From Eledone cirrhosa (Eukaryota): a DNA stretch of 64,000 nt. Numbering within the stretch: the first letter of the stretch is position 1; each line of letters begins with the position of its first letter. The stretch spans positions 372,001 through 436,000 of the forward strand of contig OZ024759.1 in the NCBI GenBank assembly GCA_964016885.1. The letters run 5' to 3'. The translations under genes and the position numbers were made by a program. The notes below the pieces were generated by a model that did not search any database, was not told the origin of the DNA, and saw only the letters and a program-made list of their open reading frames with translations. Shown one piece after another: positions 60,881 to 64,000 of this stretch.

Positions 60881-63800
60881 CATGACAAAGTCTATATTAG
60901 TAACATGACACAGTCTATATTAGTAACATGACAAAGTCTATATTAGTAACATGACACAGTCTATATTAGTAACATGACACAGTCTATATTAGTAACATGA
61001 CACAGTCTATATTAGTAACATGACAAAGTCTATATTAGTAACATGACAAAGTCTATATTAGAAACATGACAGTCTATATTAGTAACATGACAAAATCTAT
61101 ATTAGTAACATGACACAGTCTATATTAGTAACATGAAAAAGTCTCTATTAGTAACATGACAAAGTCTATATTAGTAACATGACAGTCTATATTAGTAACA
61201 TAACAAAGTCTCTATTAGTAACATGACAAAGTCTATATTAGTAACATGACAGTCTATATAAGTAACATGACAAAGTCTATATTAGTAACATGACAAAGTC
61301 TATTGTAACATGACACAGTCTATATTAGTAACATGACATAGTCTATATTAGTAACATGACAAAGTCTATATTAGTAACATGACAGTCTATATTGTAACAT
61401 GACACAGTCTATATTAGTAACATGACACAGTCTATATTAGTAACATGACAGTCTATATTAGTAACATGACAAAGTCTATATTAGTAACATGACAAAGTCT
61501 ATATTAGTAACATGACAAAGTCTATATTAGTAACATGACAAAGTCTATATTAGTAGCATGACACAGTCTATATTAGTAACATGACAAAGTCTATGTTAGT
61601 AACATGACACAGTCTATATTAGTAACATGACACAGTCTATATTAGTAACATGACATAGTCTATATTAGTAACATGACAAATTCTATATTAGTAGCATGAC
61701 ACAGTCTATATTAGTAACATGACACAGTCTATATTAGTAACATGACAGTCTATATTAGTAACATGACAAAGTCTATATTAGTAGCATGACAAAGTCTATA
61801 TTAGTAACATGACACAGTCTATATTAGTAACATGACAATCTATATTAGTAACATGACAGTCTATATTAGTAACATGACAAAGTCTATATTAGTAGCATGA
61901 CAAAGTCTATATTAGTAACATGACAGTCTATATTAGTAACATGACAATGTCTATATTAGTAACATAACAAAGTCTATATTAGTAACATGACAAAGTCTAT
62001 ATTAGTAACATGACACAGTCTATATTAGTAACATGACAATGTCTATATTAGTAACATGACACCGTCCATATTAGTAACATGACAAAGTCTATATTAGTAA
62101 CATGACACAGTCGATATTAGTAACATGACACGGTCTATATTAGTAACATGACAAAGTCTATATTAGTAACATGACACAGTCTATATTAGTAACATGACAA
62201 AGTCTATATTAGTAACATGACACAGTCTATATTAGTAACATGACAAAGTCCATATTAGTAACATGACACAGTCTATATTAGTAACATGACAAAGTCTATA
62301 TTAGTAACATGACACAGTCTATATTAGTAACATGACAAAGTCTATATTAGTAACATGACACAGTCTATATTAGTAACATGACAAAGTCTATATTAGTAAC
62401 ATGACACAGTCTATATTAGTAACATGACACGGTCTATATTAGTAACATGACAAAGTCTATATTAGTAACATTACACAGTCTATATTAGTAACATGACAAA
62501 GTCTATATTAGTAACATGACACAGTCTTTATTAGTAACATGACACAGTCTTTATTAGTAACATGACACAGTCTATATTAGTAACATGACACAGTCTATAT
62601 TAGTAACATGACAAAGTCTATATTAGTAACATGACACAGTCTATATTAGTAACATGACAAAGTCTATATTAGTAACATGACACAGTCTATATTAGTAACA
62701 TGACAAAGTCTATATTAGTAACATGACACAGTCTATATTAGTAACATGACAAAGTCTATATTAGTAACATGACACAGTCTATATTAGTAACATGACAAAG
62801 TCTATATTAGTAGCATGACAAAGTCTATATTAGTAACATGACAAAGTCTATATTAGTAACATGACACAGACTATATTAGTAACATGACAAAGACTATATT
62901 AGTAACATGACAGTCTATATTAGTAACATGACAAAGTCTATATTAGCAACATGACAGTCTATATTAGTAACATGACAGTCTATATTAGTAGCATGACAAA
63001 GTCTATATTAGTAACATGACAAAGTCTATATTAGTAACATGACACAGTCTATATTAGTAACATGACACAGTCTATATTAGTAACATGACAGTCTATATTA
63101 GTAGCATGACAAAGTCTATATTAGTAACATGACACAGTCTATATTAGTAACATGACATAGTCTATATTAGTAACATGACATAGTCTATATTAGTAGCATG
63201 ACAATGTCTATATTAGTAACATGACAAAGTCTATATTAGTAACATGACACAGTCTATATTAGTAACATGACAAAGTCTATATTAGTAACATGACACAGTC
63301 TATATTAGTAGCATGACAAAGTCTATATTAGTAACATGACACAGTCTATATTAGTAACATGACACAGTCTATATTAGTAACATGACAAAGTCTATATTAG
63401 TAACATGACACAGTCTATATTACTAACATGACAAAGTCTATATTAGTAACATGACACAGTCTATATTAGTAACATGACAAAGTCTATATTAGTAACATGA
63501 CACAGTCTATATTAGTAACATGACAAAGTCTCTATTAGTAACATGACACAGTCTATATTAGTAACATGACACAGTCTATATTAGTAACATGACAGTCTAT
63601 ATTAGTAGCATGACAAAGTCTATATTAGTAGCATGACAAAGTCTATATTAGTAACATGACAGTCTATATTAGTAACATGACAAAGTCTATATTAGTAGCA
63701 TGACAAAGTCTATATTAGTAGCATGACACAGTCTATATTAGTAACATGACACAGTCTATATTAGTAACATGACACAGTCTATATTAGTAACATGACAAAG

Positions 63801-64000
63801 TCTATATTAGTAGCATGAGAAAGTCTATATTAGTAACATGACAAAGTCTATATTAGTAACATGACACAGTCTATATTAGTAACATGACAAAGTCTATATT
63901 AGTAACATGACAAAGTCTATATTAGTAGCATGACACAGTCTATATTAGTAACATGACAAAGTCTATATTAGTAACATGACACTGTCCATATTAGTTACTT

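Larger units (their letters stand above)
1..64000. repeat. Tandem satellite/minisatellite array, 23-bp monomer TAGTAACATGAC(A/C-variable loop)GTCTATAT, about 2,800 copies, truncated at both window ends
   Basis: Bases 1-23 are TAGTAACATGACAAAGTCTATAT and the unit restarts at 24 and 47. It continues in one orientation to 64000. The consensus has 6-7 G+C in 23 bases. The copy number is estimated from window length divided by a mean unit slightly under 23 bp. Confidence 0.99.

Noticed and set aside
1-64000. Repetitive protein-coding ORF
   Set aside because: A 23-bp unit cycles through all three frames every 69 bp. The + strand cycle contains TAG, TAA and TGA, and the - strand cycle contains TAG and TAA. 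The 21-mer has an open frame (SNMTVYI) but does not occur in long runs.
1-64000. CRISPR array or CRISPR-like repeat-spacer system
   Set aside because: Repeats abut directly. The variable part is only 1-3 nt drawn from a few recurring alleles. There are no unique spacers, leader or cas genes.
1-64000. Telomerase-made repeat (some budding yeasts have 20-25-bp units)
   Set aside because: There is no G-rich strand (about 3 G and 3-4 C per unit). The length and the inherited kb-scale variant blocks indicate recombinational amplification, not templated addition.
1-64000. Plasmid iterons or replication origin
   Set aside because: Iteron sets are a handful of copies beside a rep gene. Here there are thousands of copies and no gene.
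1-64000. Rolling-circle or sequencing concatemer artefact
   Set aside because: There is no single fixed period. Variants are shared hierarchically among blocks with private substitutions, which fits real evolution. Local mis-assembly of individual blocks cannot be excluded without reads.
1-64000. Hidden inversion, transposon or unique insert
   Set aside because: I saw no reverse-complement monomer (ATATAGACTTTGTCATGTTACTA) and no non-repeat stretch. A very short insert could have been missed by eye.

Overview
The whole 64-kb window is one uninterrupted, head-to-tail tandem array (satellite or very long minisatellite) of a 23-bp AT-rich monomer, consensus TAGTAACATGAC(AAA/ACA)GTCTATAT, with roughly 2,800 copies. 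The array runs past both window edges. I see no unique sequence, genes, RNA genes, transposon insertions, CRISPR spacers or inversions. Monomers differ through a small set of recurring variants: loop AAA/ACA/ATA/ACT/AAT/AAG, a 21-bp loop-deleted form, TAAC/TAGC, and a 1-bp deletion TATTGTAAC. Rare variants show an irregular higher-order mosaic of near-identical block duplications from 0.37 to 11.6 kb, and a change of variant set at about 48-50.5 kb. The monomer is an imperfect double dyad, and much of its variation sits at the two dyad centres. An array of this size and type is typical of eukaryotic heterochromatin, but the organism cannot be identified from the sequence. I find no evidence for a new protein- or RNA-encoding system; the interest lies in the architecture of the array. 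Block boundaries were read by eye and are approximate.
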